Shown in pieces: positions 22,301 to 28,300 of a stretch of 64,000 nucleotides of DNA (positions within the stretch are counted from its first letter, which is position 1; every line of letters starts with the position of its first letter). The notes beneath the pieces are model-generated. The model had not been told where the DNA came from, ran no database searches, and saw only the letters and a program-made list of their open reading frames with translations. The position numbers were made by a program, and so were the translations under genes. The stretch covers positions 164,459 to 228,458 of the IMG/VR virus record IMGVR_UViG_3300035698_010479; one strand, written 5' to 3'.

Positions 22301-25300
22301 TATCTGTACCAGTGTTTATTTTAAATAACTGGGCATTTACTGCTGTATCTAACTTCATATTAGCTAACTCTTCTTTCAAGTGTCCTTCAATTAAAGATTT
22401 GATATTTATATCTTTTATTGTGTCAAGCTGTAATGAAGCTGCTTGTGAAGCATCACCAAGATCTTCAATATCTTTTATAGAACTATCATCAAATTTGGCT
22501 CCTGCTTTATCAAAAATTGCTCTCATAACACGACTTACCGACTCACCGCCAGAAGTCATATTTAGATCTTGTTCTTTACTAGCCAAAATACCAACCTTCT
22601 CCTTAGGATTTAAATAAGATAAGTCTTCAGTTGTAAAGGGTTTATCAAGAAAAGAGTAACCTTTCGAGCTATCAAATTTTTTACTAAATGCTTGAGACAT
22701 ATAAGATAGTGGTAAATCACCTTGTGAAGGTTGTTTAGAATCATAGGAATAAAAATCACCAAATTTACCAGCTGTAGAGTCTATATCTTCTGTAAGCATT
22801 TTAAAATGCTTATAAATATCATTTCTAGCTTCAGATGTTTTAGCGGTATGGAGCTCAATCTGGTCGCCGTCATAATCAAGTTTCTGTGCATGAGCCACAT
22901 ATTTTGGAAGTACTGCAGATATCGCCTCGTTTAATCTATCAATTGTATTGGTTAACTCATCGGCTTTAGGGTCATCTCCGGTATCTCTTGCAGATTCTCT
23001 TTCTATAGACAAGGTTTTTACTTTATCTTTTATAGAATTATAAACCTCTTCAAAAGCACCCATATCCATCTCAGGTGTTCCAGGTACCATTAAGGAATCA
23101 TCCCCTATACCACCTGCAGTTTGTACAAGTTTAGCTTTGTAGGGTTTTAGTGAGGAAGTTCCAGTAAATGGAAAACGTACGCTCTCTATATAAGGAGATA
23201 ATTCTTCGTTAACATACCGCTTGATATCTTCAGCCCTGTCGCCACCGTTTACTTTTTTAGCAGTGTTTTCTAGTTTATCTGAGTAGACCAACAAATCTTT
23301 TAAAGAGCCCTCAACTTGATTACCTTTATCACCATTTAATAAAAAGCCTTTATCGGCATCGTATTTCTTGGTAAAATTTACTCTAAGTTTTTCAGCTAAC
23401 TTACTAGACACACCCAACTCATGTTGTTTTAATACGGGCATACCAATTTCTTTGTACTTAGCAACATTGTCTGAATGTTCTGCAGTAAGTTTGTCAATTT
23501 TAGAAATTTCACTAGTGAGGTCTAATCCATCGATCCCACGTAATGTTTCAGAAAAAGCCATCAAATCCTCTGTCTTATCTACTGTAGCATTTGTAGCTTT
23601 TGCTAAAACTGATGGAATATTTCTAGTAAAGAAAGTTCTAGCTACTGATCCTTTTTTACCTACTAAAGTTCTTTTTAAAGATTCTTGATAAGACTGTTTG
23701 GCTCTTTCGAGACCTTCCTGTCTTTTAATTACCTGATTGTTATATTTTTCTTCTTTATCAGCACCAGTACCATAACTAAACATACTATCTTTATCACCTA
23801 AGGCACTAGATATACCACTCATAACATCTAATCTAGTACTTGAATCAGTAGCTCTTGCCAGTACACTTGTGTCTGCTTCACCGGACATGCCAGTACCAAT
23901 GAGCATATTTTTCATTGCTGCAAGAGTCGTTGGTGAATTAAACCCTTCTTTAGTTCCTAAATGTTTTACGAAATCTGACTCACTTCCTTGAGCACTATCA
24001 AATCTACCACCAGTATTATATTTACTGTTATAAAAATTTTGTACAGATTTATTTAAAGAACCCTCATCTGTAGATAGTTTACCTTGGTCATCAAGTTTGT
24101 TGAGTAACTTAAGAAGATCTTGCTTTACAGCATTTACTTTGGTCACAGCTTCGGCAGTGTCGGTATTTTCTAAGCCAGTACTTCTACCCCTACTATCTTT
24201 AGAAAAATCCTTTGTAAATAATGAAGACATTGCGTTAGAAGTAGTACTACCAAAAGCACCAGACATACCAGTAATATCAGTATCTAACAACATACTTGAA
24301 TCTTTATTATAGAAGGATTCAAGAGATCTAGACTTGTCAATAACATCTTGTAGTTTACTACCTAGTTTTTTGATGCCATAAGAGCCAGCCTGCATAGGAT
24401 CAGCGTAAGTAGTTCTTGAAATAGACCTTGGTATATATAAATCTTCACCAGGTGCATCTTTACCTTTAGTGGATGGTATAACTGTTTTATAAGCCTCAGG
24501 TAGTTTATCCGTATCAAATATGGTACCTAGTAGTGAACCTGGGTCGCCTTCATTAAAAGTTTTTGTGGCATCCTTATTTACTGATTTTAGGTCCTTTATA
24601 TCTATTTGTTTAACTGATGCCAGTACACTGGTTTTATAGGCGTCATTTGTATTTACTAAATATGTAAGGATATTATCATAGTGCTCTGCCTGCTTATCAG
24701 TAAAATTTTCATTTAGACTCTTCATAAATGCCGAGTCTTCACCAAAAGTAGAAGTGTATGCGGCGTATGCTGGTATATTTAATTTTATACCTTTACTTAA
24801 GGAGTCGATAGCACCTTTAGACCACTCTTCTGTTTGAGTAGGTTCTTCCACAATAGATAGAAACTTTTCACCAACTAAACTTTTTCTTCTTTTATTTAGT
24901 TCGTCTACAACCTCTACATAGTAACTAGATTTCTTTTCTAGTTCTATCATAGCTTTTATAGCGTCTTGTGTACTTTTATCTTGTAATTTTTCTTTAGAAA
25001 ACATACTTGTTATCTTGCTTTGAAGTTCTTCATCTGTCTTACCTGACCCTGAAAAACCTAATGCCTTACTATATTTTGAAAATGATCCACCTGAAGCACC
25101 GGATATTAAACCAGTATTCTTATCATCAATAGTATTTTTTATTACAGTATTACCCTCACTACCTGCCAAGTTATTAGCAATCATCTCTAAAGGTTCGGTT
25201 TGTAGACCACGTTTGGCAGCACCATAAGAACTAATACGTACATCAATGGCTTTAGCTACTGTCTTGTCGCCAACATGCTTATTTTTTATCTGGTCTATAC

Positions 25301-28300
25301 CTTGTATATTTTGTGCTAAGTCCATATCTAATGCAGCAAAGGCCTTTTTAGCATTATCAAATACGGCTTTATTTTTTATAGCCTCTGTTTCTGTAACTAA
25401 GCCTTTTTCTACATCAGTAAAGATATCCAGTATAAACTTATTACCTGATTCCCTTAAATTCTGAGACAGATCGTCTATATTTACACCAGTACTAATACTA
25501 ATTCTTTCTTTTGTTTTATCATCCTGCTGACCTAATATATCAGCGGATAACTCTCCCATGGACTTAGGCATAAATGCTACACCTAATCCAGCTTTCTTTT
25601 GTTCGTCACCAGCTAAAACTTTAACATTAGATGTTTTATTAGCTGCTAATATATCACCTAAAGTAGATGGACTTGTAGGTGTTGTAGATACACCTTTTGA
25701 GCCATATCTAGTAGTAAGTTTTCTACCAAAGTGATTTAAGAATAGTTCAGCTAATTTTGCAGATTGTACTTCAACAGATGCACCCCTATTAGTGGTAACT
25801 TCATTTTTAACATCTGATATAAAAGCTTTATCTGGACGGCGCTTATACTTCTCATCGCGACCCATTATGGACATTATATTTCCAGTTACCTCTTCTATAT
25901 CGGAGTCTTTGATTGGACCTTCATTTATGGCGGAGGCTGTTCCTGAAGAAGCTTTGGGTCTTACAAGCTTTCGTACTGCAGTAGTAGCTGCATCAGCCAA
26001 CTTACCAGAAACTAGTATTTGATCTTCAAAGGTACCGGCAGTGTGGCGTAATTCCGCTAGGACGTTATAACCAATACCTGATTTACCAAATCTACCTGAT
26101 TGAATTACTTTATCTTCAGATTCAGATCTTAGTTTAGGAAATTCTGAAGTAACTCCCTGTGCTTTACCGAATAAACCAGTATCAAACCCTTTTGCAGAGG
26201 ATATACCTGAGATATTCCGACCTGTTTGTTGATATTCTAACGAAAAAGGTGCTATCTCACGTAAGTTACCTGTGTACATAGGGACTGTTCTGCCAGACCT
26301 ATTCATAGAATCAGGGGTTGTTTCCAAACTACTTGCAGGGGATTCGGGTAAACCTAGACTAGTAAGTTGTTTTGTAGTACCTGTATTTAATAAAGACTGT
26401 CTATACGCTACATCAGGAGATACGTCTTTAATGCCCTCTAGTTTACTAGCCTCATAAAATAATTCATTAGTTCTTCTATTAAAATTAGTTATAAATGCTT
26501 TTTTAGATTCATTACTAGAATTAAATTTTTTCTCTTCTTTAGAAACATCTTCATTAAAATTAGTTTGCCCTTCAGGTGTTAATAACTTAGAGCCTTCAGC
26601 ACCAATAGAATGGGCCTTTGAGTAGTTAAACATAGCAGATACTGTATCACCTTGATGCATACCACGTCTTGGTGCGTTTTGTTCAACTATAGGCATCATA
26701 CCTGATAGAGATGATAACGTTTTTTCGAAGTCGCCTATAGCACCTGTAGATGTGGCTATATTACCCACAATTTTGTCTATATCTTGTGTTGTGGCTCTTC
26801 CTATAGCATCATATACATTTGAAAAATTTAGAGAGTCTAGAGACTTAATAACTTTCGTGGCTGATAACCCAAGTGCGTCCATACTAGTCATAAACTCATC
26901 TATAGACTTAGTAGATTTTAAAGAATCATCAACCCTTTTAGATAATGCAGAAAACTCATCTGTAGCATTTAATTCATTTGAGGTGCCTTTAGTTATTCTC
27001 TGCTTTTCTACACTAATAGGTATTAAAGCCTTCTTGTAAAAAGAAGCTGCATCTTCTTTTGTGGCTGCAGCGCCGTTTTTAGAAGCTACACCCTTAAGTA
27101 GCAGTCTAGAGGCGTCTTCAAAAGTGTTAGCGGTGTCTGGTACTACATCACGTGGATCGGTATTAACTACTACACTTCTAGCTGCTTTAGCTAAACTTAA
27201 TATTTCAGGAGTTATATTTTCTTTATATGCTTCTTGTTTATCTTTTGGAAGTTTATGTAATAAATTAGTAGCATTTTTTAAATAGCCTTCAAAGGCCCTT
27301 TCATGACCAGATTTATACTCAGCAAGCTGTAAAGTAGACCTCTGACTACCATGTTGTGTCTCCAGTACGGTGCTACCAGTATTAGTTAATTTAGCAGCTG
27401 GAATCGCAATAGTGCGTTTGACTTCAGATAAAGTTTTTTGTATATCTGAAAATCCTACGGTTTTAGTAAATATATCTTTAAGAGAATCGTTAGATGTTTT
27501 TCCGAAAGCCTTAGCTATGTCATCAACAGAAGTAGACCCAATATTAGGTACACTTAATTGCTCAATGATATCCTTACCTAAAGCTGTACGTACCTCTGGA
27601 TTAAGTCCTTGAACACCACTTTCTTTAACATTTGTTTTTAACCACCCTGCAATCTCAGTTTTTAGTGTACTAGGTGTTTGGCCTTTATCTCTTAGTAGAT
27701 TTGTGGCAATTTTATCTGAGTAGGTTTTTAAAAGTTCTTTAGGGGTACCTTCCTGTTTACCAGTTAAACTTCTCAGTTTCTTCATGTCCACAACATCCAT
27801 AGCCCATTCACGTCCTCTGAGGTTGAAGGCTTTATTATGTGAACTACCAGTACCTTCATTCTCCACTACTTTCCAATCAGTGAATTGACGCTTTCCTGGC
27901 TGTGGGCGTAATCCTTCAGAAACCTTAGTATATATAGTTTGCTGTAGTTTATCCAAAGACACTGATAGTTTGGACATGTTATCATAAACTTTAAGTTCAT
28001 ACTCGTTCTTAGTATTCTCTGGAGCAGCATATTTTATATTGGGTTGTATAAATTTTTCAGAATACTTTACGCTAACCGCTTTTTCGGCATTAGTTAGAGA
28101 GTAGTTACTTTTGGAGGCATCATTTTTAAACTTTTCTACTACAGAGGCTAAAGAACTTTGTCCTGTAGTATTTTTATCAATAGCTTGTATAAGTTTGGAG
28201 TTGTCTTGTTTAGTACCACCTTTACCTACGATTGCAACTATGTTATTAACTTCTTTAACCAAGTCGCCTATAGCAGTGGAATCTTGAATAGTAGTTACAC

